Positions 27,639 through 36,942 are shown, numbered from the stretch's first letter. The stretch: 49,658 bases of DNA from Chloroflexota bacterium (GCA_045804705.1 JBJMMQ010000128.1:1-49658); one strand, 5' to 3'. The notes: generated from the letters alone by a model not told the origin. A program made the numbers and translations.

Positions 27639-28496
27639 TTGACCGACACCGCGCCGAGGAGCGAACCCGGCCGCGACGAGACCTCACCTCCGCTCGTCGG
27701 CGTGGCGTTCCCGGCGACCGCCCCGGCCTCCGCCGCACCGGCAGCCATCCTGGCCGGCGTGGCACTGGTCACGCTCGACCGCCCTACCGCCCTCAATGCG
27801 TTGAGCTTCGATCTGCTCGACCAGCTCGTCGACGCACTCGAGACCCTCGATCGCGACCCCGCCTGCCGGGCCGTTGTCATCACAGGAGCGGGGACGCGCG
27901 CGTTCGCGGCGGGAGCCGACATCCGCGAGCTCGAGCCGCAGACCTCGGCCTCGCTGACCGCCGGCGGCAGGTTCCGGACCTGGGACCGGCTCGCGATGAT
28001 CGGCTTGCCGATGATCGCAGCGGTACGGGGCGTGGCGCTCGGTGGCGGCTGCGAGCTTGCGATGACCTGCGACATGGTCGTCGCCGCCGACGACGCGAGC
28101 TTTGGTCAGCCGGAGATCCTGCTCGGGGTGATGCCGGGCGCGGGTGGCACGCAGCGTCTGACGCGGGCCATCGGCAAGGCGCGTGCGATGGAGCTGATCC
28201 TCACCGGTCGCCCGATGAGCGCCGACGAGGCGCTAGCACGCGGCCTCGTCACGCGGGTCGTCCCACCCGAGGCCACGCTGGACGTGGCACTCGAACTTGC
28301 GGGCCTCGTCGCGACGATGCCGCCACTCGCGGTCCGCGCCGCGAAGGCGGCCGTCCTCGACGCGAGCGACAGACCGCTCGCCGACGGGCTCGCCAGGGAG
28401 CGCGCCGCATTCTTCGCTCTGTTCGACACGGACGACCAGGCGGAGGGGATGGCCGCCTTCACCCAGAAGCGCCCGCCCGTCTGGTCGGGACACTGA
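27639..28496 (+). CDS. paaF: Enoyl-CoA hydratase (2,3-dehydroadipyl-CoA hydratase-like)
   Basis: TTG start. FAAGADI, GGGCELAMTCDM, PEILLGVMPGAGGTQRL and the C-terminal FTQKRPPVWSG align along the whole length with my recollection of E. coli PaaF. Confidence 0.75.
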   Translation: MTDTAPRSEPGRDETSPPLVGVAFPATAPASAAPAAILAGVALVTLDRPTALNALSFDLLDQLVDALETLDRDPACRAVVITGAGTRAFAAGADIRELEPQTSASLTAGGRFRTWDRLAMIGLPMIAAVRGVALGGGCELAMTCDMVVAADDASFGQPEILLGVMPGAGGTQRLTRAIGKARAMELILTGRPMSADEALARGLVTRVVPPEATLDVALELAGLVATMPPLAVRAAKAAVLDASDRPLADGLARERAAFFALFDTDDQAEGMAAFTQKRPPVWSGH

Positions 28497-28524
28497 CCCC
28501 GAGCGCGCACGGAGGAGACAGCGG

Positions 28525-29316
28525 ATGGATCAAGACCCATCGAGTGGGACCGACCGGGGGCTCGACATCGAGCGGGACCTCGGCGACGAACCGCCCGCGG
28601 CGATCCGCGATACCGCGCCCGACTACCTCGCGCCCATCGACGAGTCGGCACCTGTCAGCGGCCATTCGCCGGCGCCCGAGCCGATCTCGTCACCGGCCGA
28701 CGCGCCCGAGCAGGACTGGGGTCACGCCAAGGGCCTGCTGTACCCTGCGTTCCGGCCCATCGGGACGCAGGGTCTCGAGATGGCCTCGATCGACCGGCTC
28801 CAGCTCGCCGCCCACTCGGCCCAGAGCCATGCCCAGCCCCTGATCGACGAAGGTCCGGCCGGCTTGCCGGTGGTGTATACGCTCGATGCCGGGGCGTACG
28901 ACATCGTGGTCAACGGCGATCACCTCCTCGCCTGGGGCGTCGAACCGTCCGAGATCCAGGACGCCGCATTGCGGAACCTCGGGGCCTGGTCCGCGACCGC
29001 GAGCTGGACCGACGAGATCTCCGGCGAGCGGCGGTTGATCAGCTCCGATACAGGCGACGGCTGGGACGCCGCCCGGATCCTGCTGCCCGAGGTCGTCGAC
29101 CACCTCGTCGCGGAGCTCGGGTCCGTCGGCCGGATCCTCATCGGGCTCCCGGAGCGACATCTCCTGACCGCCGCCTCCCTGCGGCCCGACGACCCGGACT
29201 TCGCCGCGCTCTTCGCCGATTTCATCATCGAGCAATCGGGCGCCGCCGACGAGCCGATCGATCGGCGCGTCTTCGAGCTCGTGGACGGTCGACTCGTCGA
29301 TTTCGCCGGCATCTGA
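28525..29316 (+). CDS. Hypothetical protein inserted in the paa cluster
   Basis: 263 aa from ATG 28525, preceded by GGAGGAG. The N-terminal ~70 aa are acidic and Pro-rich, followed by a globular C-terminal domain. No motif is recognised. Confidence 0.55.
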   Translation: MDQDPSSGTDRGLDIERDLGDEPPAAIRDTAPDYLAPIDESAPVSGHSPAPEPISSPADAPEQDWGHAKGLLYPAFRPIGTQGLEMASIDRLQLAAHSAQSHAQPLIDEGPAGLPVVYTLDAGAYDIVVNGDHLLAWGVEPSEIQDAALRNLGAWSATASWTDEISGERRLISSDTGDGWDAARILLPEVVDHLVAELGSVGRILIGLPERHLLTAASLRPDDPDFAALFADFIIEQSGAADEPIDRRVFELVDGRLVDFAGI

Positions 29317-29325
29317 CGGGCGGCG

Positions 29326-30147
29326 ATGCCGGACGATCCGACTGCCGAATCTGCGGGCGCCGACCCGGCGCCGCCGCTTGTTCGTACCGAGACGGCGGAC
29401 GGCGTCGCGACCGTCACCCTCGACCGACCGGACGCGCTCAACGCGCTGACCATCCCGATGAAGAAGGAACTCCTCGCCGCGTTCCGGTCGATCGGGCGGG
29501 ACGGCGCTGTCCGAGCGGTCGTCCTGACCGGCGCGGGGCGGGCGTTCTGCGCCGGCCAGGACCTCAAGGAGCGTCTCGAGCCGGACGCGACCCCGCTCGC
29601 GGTCGAGGTCCGTGAGAGGTACAACCCGATCATCAGGGCGATGCGCTCGCTGCCTCAGCCGATCGTCGCCGCGGTCAACGGTGTCGCGGCAGGCGCCGGG
29701 GCCTCGCTCGCTTTCGCGTCCGACCTCCGGATCGCGGCCGACGGGGCCAGCTTCGTGCTCGCGTTCGGGCGGATCGGCCTGATACCCGATAGCGGCGCGA
29801 CGTGGTTCCTGCCGCGACTCGTCGGTCCGGCGAAGGCAGCAGAGCTGGCGCTCCTCGGATCGACTCTGACGGCGGTGGACGCTGAGCGGTTCGGGCTCGT
29901 CGTCTCGGTCGTGTCGCCTGATTCGCTCGCTGGGGAGGCGAGGGCCATCGCCCTGCGCCTCGCCGGGCTTGCGCCGCTCGCTCTCGCGCAGACGAAGCGC
30001 GCGCTCGATCGGAGCTGGTCTGTCGGCCTCGACGACGCTCTCGAAGACGAAGCGCTGCGGCAGGGGATCGCCGGTGCCACGTCGGACCACGCCGAAGGTC
30101 TGGCTGCCTTCATCGAGAAGCGGCCGCCGCGATTCACCGGGCACTAG
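29326..30147 (+). CDS. paaG: 1,2-epoxyphenylacetyl-CoA isomerase (crotonase family)
   Basis: GAGRAFCAGQDL, YNPIIRAMRSLPQPIVAAVNGVAAGAGASLA, FGRIGLIPDSGATWFLPRLVG and the C-terminal FIEKRPPRFTGH closely parallel E. coli PaaG as I recall it. Confidence 0.8.
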   Translation: MPDDPTAESAGADPAPPLVRTETADGVATVTLDRPDALNALTIPMKKELLAAFRSIGRDGAVRAVVLTGAGRAFCAGQDLKERLEPDATPLAVEVRERYNPIIRAMRSLPQPIVAAVNGVAAGAGASLAFASDLRIAADGASFVLAFGRIGLIPDSGATWFLPRLVGPAKAAELALLGSTLTAVDAERFGLVVSVVSPDSLAGEARAIALRLAGLAPLALAQTKRALDRSWSVGLDDALEDEALRQGIAGATSDHAEGLAAFIEKRPPRFTGH

Positions 30148-30174
30148 GAGAGGTGTCGGCGGCGGATGCCGCCG

Positions 30175-30203
30175 TTGACGTGTCAGCCCTCGCTCCGTAG
30201 GCT
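30175..30203 (+). promoter_or_regulatory. Putative sigma-70-type promoter of the paaR-paaABCD-paaHJ unit
   Basis: TTGACG (30175-30180), a 17-nt spacer, then TAGGCT (30198-30203). It directly follows a CGGCGGC-ggat-GCCGCCG hairpin at 30157-30174. Confidence 0.4.
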
Positions 30204-30204
30204 T

Positions 30205-30228
30205 CCCCTAACAATCGTTAGTTAGGGG
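30205..30228. promoter_or_regulatory. Palindromic operator, probable TetR (PaaR) binding site
   Basis: CCCCTAAC-aatcgtta-GTTAGGGG has perfect 8-bp arms. Nested inside is CTAAC-aatc-GTTAG (30208-30221). It starts 1 nt after the putative -10 and 10 nt before the TetR gene ATG. Confidence 0.5.
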
Positions 30229-30237
30229 GAGCGACGG

Positions 30238-30840
30238 ATGGTCGAGACCAGCCGCCGGAGAGAGATCGAGGACGCAGCGAGCTCGCTCTTCCACGAGCAC
30301 GGTTACTCGGGGACGAGCGTCCGCGACATCGCGCGCGCCGTCGACATGCAGGGTGCCAGCCTCTACGCCCACGTCGCCTCCAAGCAGGAAGTCCTGTGGA
30401 CCATCGTGGAGCGAACGGCGACGCGCTTCGAGGCCGCAGCGGACATCGTCGAAGCGGGCGATCCCGGCGCCGTCGTCTTCGGGCCCGGCGTCCATCTCAT
30501 CTCGCTCGTCCGGGCGCACGTCGGCGTGGTGACGGACGACGTCGAGCGGGCGAGTGTCTTCGTCCATGAGTGGCGAGCGCTCGACAAGGGCCGGCGCGAT
30601 GACATCGCTCGCCGCCGCGACGCGTACGAGGCGCGCTTCCGCTCGACCATCGACCACGGCGTCTCGATCGGCTCCTTCGAGGCAGTCGATCCGATCGTGA
30701 CAGCGGCATACATCCTGACCGCGCTCAACGGCCTCGTCACCTGGTACCGGCCCGAGGGACGTCTCGCGGCCCGCGACATCGCCGATGCCTACGCCGACCT
30801 CACGCTCCGCGCCGTCCAGGCGCATGGGGGACGACCATGA
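30238..30840 (+). CDS. paaR: TetR-family transcriptional regulator (PaaR-like)
   Basis: The N-terminal HTH reads FHEHGYSGTSVRDIARAVDMQGASLYAHVASKQEVL. 200 aa. The stop overlaps the paaA start. Confidence 0.75.
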   Translation: MVETSRRREIEDAASSLFHEHGYSGTSVRDIARAVDMQGASLYAHVASKQEVLWTIVERTATRFEAAADIVEAGDPGAVVFGPGVHLISLVRAHVGVVTDDVERASVFVHEWRALDKGRRDDIARRRDAYEARFRSTIDHGVSIGSFEAVDPIVTAAYILTALNGLVTWYRPEGRLAARDIADAYADLTLRAVQAHGGRP

Positions 30841-31823
30841 CGGACCCGCTGGCACTCGAACCCATCCTCGGCCCGAACGAGCGCTCGCGCCCGGCCTTCA
30901 ACGACGACCTCCCGCACGACGAGCGCTTCGGCCTGTTCGAGGAGCACATCGCGGCCGGTCGCAAGATCGAAGCGACCGACTGGATGCCCGACGAATACCG
31001 GACCGCGGTCCTGCGCTTCGTCGAGATGCACGCGAACAGCGAGCTCATGGGCGTCCTCCCAGAACGCGAATGGCTGATGCGGGCGCCGACGCTGCGTCGG
31101 AAGCTCGCCCTGACGGCGAAGGTCCAGGACGAGGTCGGGCACGCTCAGCTGCTCTATCGCGTGGCGGAGGACCTCGGCAAGCCGCGCGAGGCGATGTTCG
31201 ACGACCTCCTGGCCGGCAAGACGAAGTTCCACAACGTCTTCCACTACCCGACCGTGGGCTGGGCGGACGTCGGGATGATCGCGTGGCTCGTCGATGCGGC
31301 CGCGATCGTCGCACAGCAGGCGCTCCGGGACAGCAGCTACGCGCCATACGCCCGGACGATGCGGAAGATCTGCTGGGAGGAGTCGGTCCACATCATGCAT
31401 GGCCGCGACGTCGTGGTGACCATGGTCACGGGGTCGCCGGGGCAGCGCGCCGCCATCCAGGACGCGCTCGACCGGTGGTGGGGGCCGCTGATGCAGATGC
31501 ACGGGCCGCGTTCCGCCCGGGAGACCGATCGCGACCTCCACTGGAGGATCAAGGCGAAGACGTCCGAAGAGCTGCGCCAGGAGTTCCTCACGATCTACGT
31601 CCCGCGGATCCGCGAGCTCGGCCTCGTCATCCCCGACCCCGAGCTGCGGTTCGACGAGGCGACGGGACAGTGGCTCTACGCCGATCCCGACTGGGCCGAG
31701 CTTCGGACCGTCGTGACGAACCACGGGCCGATGTCCGAGCAGCGGCTTGAGTTCCGCCGGGACAGTCGTGAGGAGACGCGCTGGGTCCGCGAGACGATCC
31801 TGGGCGTCGCGGCGGCGGCATGA
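30837..31823 (+). CDS. paaA: 1,2-phenylacetyl-CoA epoxidase, catalytic subunit A
   Basis: 328 aa di-iron protein with E...EVGH and EESVH (ExxH) ligand motifs: VQDEVGHAQLL and CWEESVHIMHG. Confidence 0.85.
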   Translation: MTDPLALEPILGPNERSRPAFNDDLPHDERFGLFEEHIAAGRKIEATDWMPDEYRTAVLRFVEMHANSELMGVLPEREWLMRAPTLRRKLALTAKVQDEVGHAQLLYRVAEDLGKPREAMFDDLLAGKTKFHNVFHYPTVGWADVGMIAWLVDAAAIVAQQALRDSSYAPYARTMRKICWEESVHIMHGRDVVVTMVTGSPGQRAAIQDALDRWWGPLMQMHGPRSARETDRDLHWRIKAKTSEELRQEFLTIYVPRIRELGLVIPDPELRFDEATGQWLYADPDWAELRTVVTNHGPMSEQRLEFRRDSREETRWVRETILGVAAAA

Positions 31824-32149
31824 GCGTGGATGCCGCCCCCGAGCTCGAAGCGTGGGAGGTCTTCCGCCGCGAGAAGGACGGCGACCCGATGCGCCACGGC
31901 GGGAGCGTGATGGCACCCGACGCGGAGCTCGCGGTCCACTACGCCCGGGAGCTTTACGGCCGGCGCCAGGAGAGCGTTCGGCTGTGGGTCGTCCGGCGCG
32001 GGGACATCCTCGACCTGGACGATCCCGACCTCCTCCAGCCTCCGCTCGACCGCTCGTTCAAGAAGCCGGGCGGGTACGTCATGCGCGACAAGCTCGCCGC
32101 CGCCCGGGAGCAGTCCGGCCAGGCGAAGCCGAAGGCGCGCTCGAAATGA
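31820..32149 (+). CDS. paaB: 1,2-phenylacetyl-CoA epoxidase, subunit B
   Basis: 109 aa. WEVFRREKDGDPMRHGGSVMAPDAELAVHYARELYGRR...LWVV is the typical PaaB pattern. It overlaps both paaA and paaC. Confidence 0.85.
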   Translation: MSVDAAPELEAWEVFRREKDGDPMRHGGSVMAPDAELAVHYARELYGRRQESVRLWVVRRGDILDLDDPDLLQPPLDRSFKKPGGYVMRDKLAAAREQSGQAKPKARSK

Positions 32150-32913
32150 CCGCCACGGCGGCGCTCCCGACGACGGCGCTCGGCGCTCTCCTGCGTGCGA
32201 TGGCGGACGACGAGTTCGTGATCGGCTTCTCCGACTCGGAGTGGACGGGCATCGCGCCGCTGCTCGAGGAGGACGTCGCGATGAGCTCGCTCGCGCAGGA
32301 CGAGCTCGGGCATGCTGCGGCCGTCTACGGGCTCCTCGCGGAGTTGACGGGCACGGACGCGGACGCACTCGCGTACGACCGCGAACCCGACGAGTACCGG
32401 CATTGCCGGCTGCTGGACCACGGGCGGGGCGACTGGGCCATGACGATCGCCCGCCGCTACCTCTATGACACCGCGGATTCCGTCCGGCTCGAGGCGCTCA
32501 CCGGGGGGTCGTGGGCGCCGCTGGCGGAGCTGGTCGGAAAGCTGCTTCGCGAGGAGCGCTACCACCTGATGCATGCGGGCGCGTGGCTCGATCGGCTGGC
32601 CCGCTCCGACGGCGAAGGTCGGGAGCGGCTCCTCGGTGCGCTCGGCGAGCGGGCGCCCGATGCGGCGACGGTCTTCACGCCACTCCCCGATGAACCGGCA
32701 CTCGTCGAGGCCGGCATCGTGGCCGCCGCCTCCACGGACCTCGAGGACCGCTGGAGAGCCGCCATCTCCCCGACCTTCGATCGGCTCGATCTGCCGATGC
32801 CGCCGCGCGCCCGCGATCCCGAACGTGGCCGCGACGACCACTCTGACGCGTTCCGTTGGCTCTGGAGCGAATTCACGATGGTCCGCCGGTCGGACCCTGG
32901 AGCGACGTGGTGA
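32146..32913 (+). CDS. paaC: 1,2-phenylacetyl-CoA epoxidase, subunit C
   Basis: 255 aa from ATG 32146. ADDEFVIGFSDSEWTGIAPLLEEDVAMSSLAQDELGHA...EERYHL, in the position expected between paaB and paaD. Confidence 0.8.
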   Translation: MTATAALPTTALGALLRAMADDEFVIGFSDSEWTGIAPLLEEDVAMSSLAQDELGHAAAVYGLLAELTGTDADALAYDREPDEYRHCRLLDHGRGDWAMTIARRYLYDTADSVRLEALTGGSWAPLAELVGKLLREERYHLMHAGAWLDRLARSDGEGRERLLGALGERAPDAATVFTPLPDEPALVEAGIVAAASTDLEDRWRAAISPTFDRLDLPMPPRARDPERGRDDHSDAFRWLWSEFTMVRRSDPGATW

Positions 32914-33458
32914 GCGAAGGCGCGACGCAGATCGGGATCGCCCGGCTCCGGGCCGGCGCCGTCTCGGGACGGCAGGTCGTTGACGAGCCGGCCGTCCGGG
33001 CGGCACTTGTCGATGTCCCGGACCCGGAGCTTCCGATGTTGTCGGTCGTGGACCTGGGCATCGTCCATCGCGTCGACGTCTCGCCGGCCGATGGCTCGAT
33101 CCGGGTCGAGATCCTGCCCACCTTCGTCGGCTGCCCTGCGCTCGAGCTGATCAAGGACGCGATCGCGACGCGACTCGCCTCGTTCGGACGCCCCGTCGAG
33201 GTCGTCGCGACCTTCGCCGTTCCGTGGACGAGCGACCGGATCACTCCGGCCGGTCGGGCCGCCCTCGAGGATGCCGGCATCGCGCCGCCGGGTCCGACGA
33301 CGGGGACGGCACTGATCGACCTCCAGGCCCGCGTCCCGTGTCCACACTGCGGGTCGCATCGGACCCATCTCGAGAACGTCTTCGGCCCGACCCAGTGCAG
33401 GACGATCCGGTACTGCACGGACTGCCGCCAGCCGTTCGAAGCCATCAAGCCCGTCTGA
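32910..33458 (+). CDS. paaD: Phenylacetate-CoA oxygenase subunit D (SUF/MIP18-like domain plus C-terminal Cys cluster)
   Basis: VPDPELPMLSVVDLGIV...FVGCPAL, with a C-terminal CPHCGS...CTDC. The GTG at 32907 or 32910 overlaps the paaC stop. Confidence 0.8.
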   Translation: MSEGATQIGIARLRAGAVSGRQVVDEPAVRAALVDVPDPELPMLSVVDLGIVHRVDVSPADGSIRVEILPTFVGCPALELIKDAIATRLASFGRPVEVVATFAVPWTSDRITPAGRAALEDAGIAPPGPTTGTALIDLQARVPCPHCGSHRTHLENVFGPTQCRTIRYCTDCRQPFEAIKPV

Positions 33459-33460
33459 CC

Positions 33461-34681
33461 GTGGCCGCTCCCACTGAACCCGTCGGGGTTGTCGGAGCCG
33501 GGACGATGGGCGCCGGTATCGCGCAGCTCGCCCTCGAGGCGGGTCACCCGGTCTGGATCCACGACGTCGATGCTGCGGCCATCGGCCGCGGCAGGGCGCG
33601 GATCCGTACCGGCCTCGAGCGACGGGCAGCGCGGCTCGATCTTGACGCGGACTCGGCCGACGAATGGGTCGAGGGCCGCCTCGGCCGACTCCACGACGCC
33701 GGGAGCCTCACGGACCTCGCCGACGCACAGCTCGATCTCGCCGTGGAGGCCGCGCTCGAGGATCTCGAGGCGAAGAGGGCGATCTTCAAGGCCCTCGACG
33801 CCGCTTTGCCGGCAGGCTCGATCCTCGCAACCAACACGAGCGCACTTTCCGTCGGCGATATCGCCGCCGCAACGACGCACCGAGAGCGCGTCATCGGGCT
33901 TCACTTCTTCAATCCGGCGCCGGTGATGCCGCTCGTCGAGATCGTCGCGCCGGACGCAGCCGACCCGTCCGTCGTCGATCTCGCGACGACGCTCATGACC
34001 GCGTGGGGCAAGGTCCCCGTCCAGTGCCGGGACACGCCAGGTTTCATCGTGAACCGCGTCAACCGACCATTCACGCTCGAAGCGCTCGCGATGCTCGAGG
34101 CGGGCGAGGGGACGATCGAGGGCATCGACGCCGCTGTCCGCGCGGACGGCTTTCCGATGGGCCCCTTCGAGCTGATGGATCTCGTCGGCATCGATATCAA
34201 CCTCGCCGCGGCACGCGGCGTCCACGCCGGGGCGGTCGCTGCCGGCGATCGCGCGGCAGAACGATTCCGGCCGTCGCCGATCCAGGAGCGCCTCGTCGCA
34301 CAGGGACGGCTCGGGCGCAAGACCGAGGGGGGCTTCTATCGGTACGACGATGGTCGCCCGGCGGGCCCTGCGGGCGACCTCGCCATTCGCCCCGGAGACG
34401 GTCTGCCGCTCGACGGCTCGCAGATCGCCATCCGGATCGTCCTCGCCGTCGTCAACGAGGCCTACTGCGCAGCCGGTGACCGAGTCGCCACGAAGGCTGA
34501 CATCGACCTCGCGATGCGCCTCGGGGCGGGTCATCCGAGTGGACCTTTCGCGCGGGCCGCTGCACTCGGCGGCGCCCGGGCCGTCATCACCGCGCTGCGG
34601 GCACAGGCAGACGGCCCTCGCTTCGTCCCGGCACCCGCGCTTCTGGCCGAGGCCGGTCAGCCGGTACCATCGGACTCATGA
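33461..34681 (+). CDS. paaH: 3-hydroxyacyl-CoA dehydrogenase (3-hydroxyadipyl-CoA dehydrogenase-like)
   Basis: The GTG at 33461 gives [15 protein letters not shown] (Rossmann fold). Also present are [20 protein letters not shown] and GFIVNR, plus a duplicated C-terminal domain. Confidence 0.8.
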   Translation: MAAPTEPVGVVGAGTMGAGIAQLALEAGHPVWIHDVDAAAIGRGRARIRTGLERRAARLDLDADSADEWVEGRLGRLHDAGSLTDLADAQLDLAVEAALEDLEAKRAIFKALDAALPAGSILATNTSALSVGDIAAATTHRERVIGLHFFNPAPVMPLVEIVAPDAADPSVVDLATTLMTAWGKVPVQCRDTPGFIVNRVNRPFTLEALAMLEAGEGTIEGIDAAVRADGFPMGPFELMDLVGIDINLAAARGVHAGAVAAGDRAAERFRPSPIQERLVAQGRLGRKTEGGFYRYDDGRPAGPAGDLAIRPGDGLPLDGSQIAIRIVLAVVNEAYCAAGDRVATKADIDLAMRLGAGHPSGPFARAAALGGARAVITALRAQADGPRFVPAPALLAEAGQPVPSDS

Positions 34682-35910
34682 CCCGAGACACACACCGCCC
34701 GCTGCGCGATGCCTGGATCGTCGAAGCCGTGCGTACACCCATCGGCCGTTACGGAGGCGCGCTTGCCAGCGTCCGGCCGGACGATCTCGCAGCTGCGGTC
34801 CTCCGTGCCGTCGTCGATCGTGCCGGCGTCGACCCGGCCATCGTCGAGGACGTCATCCTCGGCTGCGCGAACCAGGCCGGTGAGGACAACCGGAACGTGG
34901 CGCGGATGGCGCTGCTCCTCGCCGACTTTCCCGTCGAGGTCGGCGGCCTGACCGTCAACCGGTTGTGCGGCTCGGGCCTCCAGGCGATCAACACCGCCGC
35001 CCATGCCATCGCGGTCGGGGACGGCGACGTGTTCATCGGCGGGGGCGTGGAATCGATGACCCGGGCGCCCTACGTCCAGCTCAAGGCCGAGGGACCATGG
35101 GACCGCGGCCCGCGGGAGCTTGCCGACACCACTCTCGGCTGGAGGTTCGTCAACCCACGCCTCGCCGAGCGCCACTACCCGTATTCGATGGGCGAGACCG
35201 CCGAGAACGTCGCCGAGCGCTGGGGCGTTTCGCGCGAGCGCCAGGACGCCTTTGCCCTCCAGAGCCATGAACGGGCCGTCGCAGCCATCGACGATGGCCG
35301 ATTCGCCGAACAGATCGTGCCGATCACGGTCCCGCAGCGGAAAGGCGATCCAGTCGTCATCGACCGCGACGAACACCCGCGTGCCGACACGACGCCCGAG
35401 GCGCTCGCCCGGCTACGACCGGCGTTCCGGCCCGACGGAGGCACCGTGACGGCCGGCAACAGCTCGGGCATCAACGACGGCGCGTCGGCGGTGCTCGTCA
35501 TCGAGGCCGACCGTGCCCGCGACCTCGGTCTGCGGCCTCTCGCCCGGGTGGTCTCCACCGCCGTCGCGGGCGTCGACCCGGCGTTCATGGGCATCGGACC
35601 GATCCCCGCGACGCGCAAGGCGCTCGATCGCGCAGGTCTCACCGTCGCGGACCTCGACCTCATCGAGCTCAACGAGGCCTTCGCCTCGCAGTCGCTCGTG
35701 TGCATCGACGAGCTCGGCCTCGATCCGGCGAAGGTCAACGTCAACGGCGGGGCGATCGCGCTCGGTCACCCGCTGGGCATGAGCGGCGGCCGCCTCATCA
35801 CGATGCTCACCCACGAGCTGCGGCGAACCGGCGGACGGTACGGCCTCGCGACGATGTGCATCGGAGTCGGACAGGGGATCGCGACGGTCGTCGAGCGGCT
35901 GGACGACTGA
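34678..35910 (+). CDS. paaJ: 3-oxoadipyl-CoA / acetyl-CoA C-acyltransferase (thiolase)
   Basis: 410 aa with the active-site Cys region [32 protein letters not shown] and CIGVGQG. Confidence 0.85.
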   Translation: MTRDTHRPLRDAWIVEAVRTPIGRYGGALASVRPDDLAAAVLRAVVDRAGVDPAIVEDVILGCANQAGEDNRNVARMALLLADFPVEVGGLTVNRLCGSGLQAINTAAHAIAVGDGDVFIGGGVESMTRAPYVQLKAEGPWDRGPRELADTTLGWRFVNPRLAERHYPYSMGETAENVAERWGVSRERQDAFALQSHERAVAAIDDGRFAEQIVPITVPQRKGDPVVIDRDEHPRADTTPEALARLRPAFRPDGGTVTAGNSSGINDGASAVLVIEADRARDLGLRPLARVVSTAVAGVDPAFMGIGPIPATRKALDRAGLTVADLDLIELNEAFASQSLVCIDELGLDPAKVNVNGGAIALGHPLGMSGGRLITMLTHELRRTGGRYGLATMCIGVGQGIATVVERLDD

Positions 35911-35916
35911 CGGCGC

Positions 35917-36771
35917 CTAGGCGGATGTGTCGAGGGCGAAGATCGCCCGTGCTCCGGCGAGACCCTTCAGCTCGTGCTCGCCCCGGCCCACGAACGACAG
36001 GCCGGACCCGTCGAGCAGGTCCCGTGTCGTCGAGCTGACGAGGACGTCGCCGGGCCCCGCGAGGGCGGCGACGCGCGCCGCCGCGTGAACCGCGAGACCG
36101 CGAGCTTGGCCACCGGCGATCGCAACCTCGCCCGTGTGCACGCCGGCGCGGATCTCCAGCTCCAGGTCGCGTACGGCCTCGGTCATCGTGTGGGCACACC
36201 GGACGGCGCGCGCCGCTCCATCGAACAGAGCCAGGAAGCCGTCCCCGGTCGTCGCCATCTCGCGTCCGCGGAACCGGTCGAGCTCCCTGCGCATGATCTG
36301 GTTGTGCGCCACGACCACGCGTCGCCAGGCCTTGTCCCCGATCCGGCTCAGGCGCGCAGTGGAATCGACGATGTCCGTGAACAGGACCGTCGCGAGGGTG
36401 CTCTCGTCCTCGTCTGGCTCCAACCCGAAGATCGCGGCACTGGCGAATTCGACCGCGTTGAATGTCTCATCGCCGATGATCCAGGCATCGTGACCAGGCG
36501 GGATCTCGTACGCGTCGCCCTGGTGGATCTCGAGCTCGGTGCCGTCGTCCATCTGGACATGGAGCGCGCCCGACGTCACGTACCCGACGTGCCGGTTCTC
36601 GCAGGATGGCGTCTTGACGACCGGCTTGACGTCCGTCGACCAGCGCCAGCCGGGTTCCCAGGTGAATCGCGCCACAGCGGTCTCGTCGAGATTGACGACG
36701 TCGACATGTCCGAACGTGAACGGTCGGACGTGATCCGGCGAGGCGAGGCTCTTCCGCTGGAGGCGAGGCAT
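35917..36771 (-). CDS. Cupin-domain sensor fused to a class III adenylate/guanylate cyclase domain
   Basis: Starts at ATG 36771 (MPRLQRK). The cupin reads HVGYVTSGALHVQMDDGTELEIHQGDAYEIPPGHDAW. The cyclase reads ATVLFTDIVDSTARL...ATTGDGFLALF...RAGVHTGEV...GLAVHAAARV. Confidence 0.75.
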   Translation of the reverse strand: MPRLQRKSLASPDHVRPFTFGHVDVVNLDETAVARFTWEPGWRWSTDVKPVVKTPSCENRHVGYVTSGALHVQMDDGTELEIHQGDAYEIPPGHDAWIIGDETFNAVEFASAAIFGLEPDEDESTLATVLFTDIVDSTARLSRIGDKAWRRVVVAHNQIMRRELDRFRGREMATTGDGFLALFDGAARAVRCAHTMTEAVRDLELEIRAGVHTGEVAIAGGQARGLAVHAAARVAALAGPGDVLVSSTTRDLLDGSGLSFVGRGEHELKGLAGARAIFALDTSA

Positions 36772-36857
36772 CTGCGCATCATCGCGCAGTCGCGCGGTGT
36801 CGCTCGGCCCGACACGACATTGACACCCGTCTGGTACGAGAGTTTCGGCGCGCATGC

Positions 36858-36886
36858 TTGTCGAAACCAGTTGCCGTGCGTACGAT
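36858..36886 (+). promoter_or_regulatory. Putative sigma-70-type promoter for the Fe-S carrier gene
   Basis: TTGTCG (36858-36863), a 17-nt spacer, then TACGAT (36881-36886), about 55 nt upstream of the ATG. Confidence 0.4.
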
Positions 36887-36942
36887 GTGTGCACGCACTG
36901 ATCTCACACCGACCCAGCACTCCTCCCGGAGGGATACGCCCG

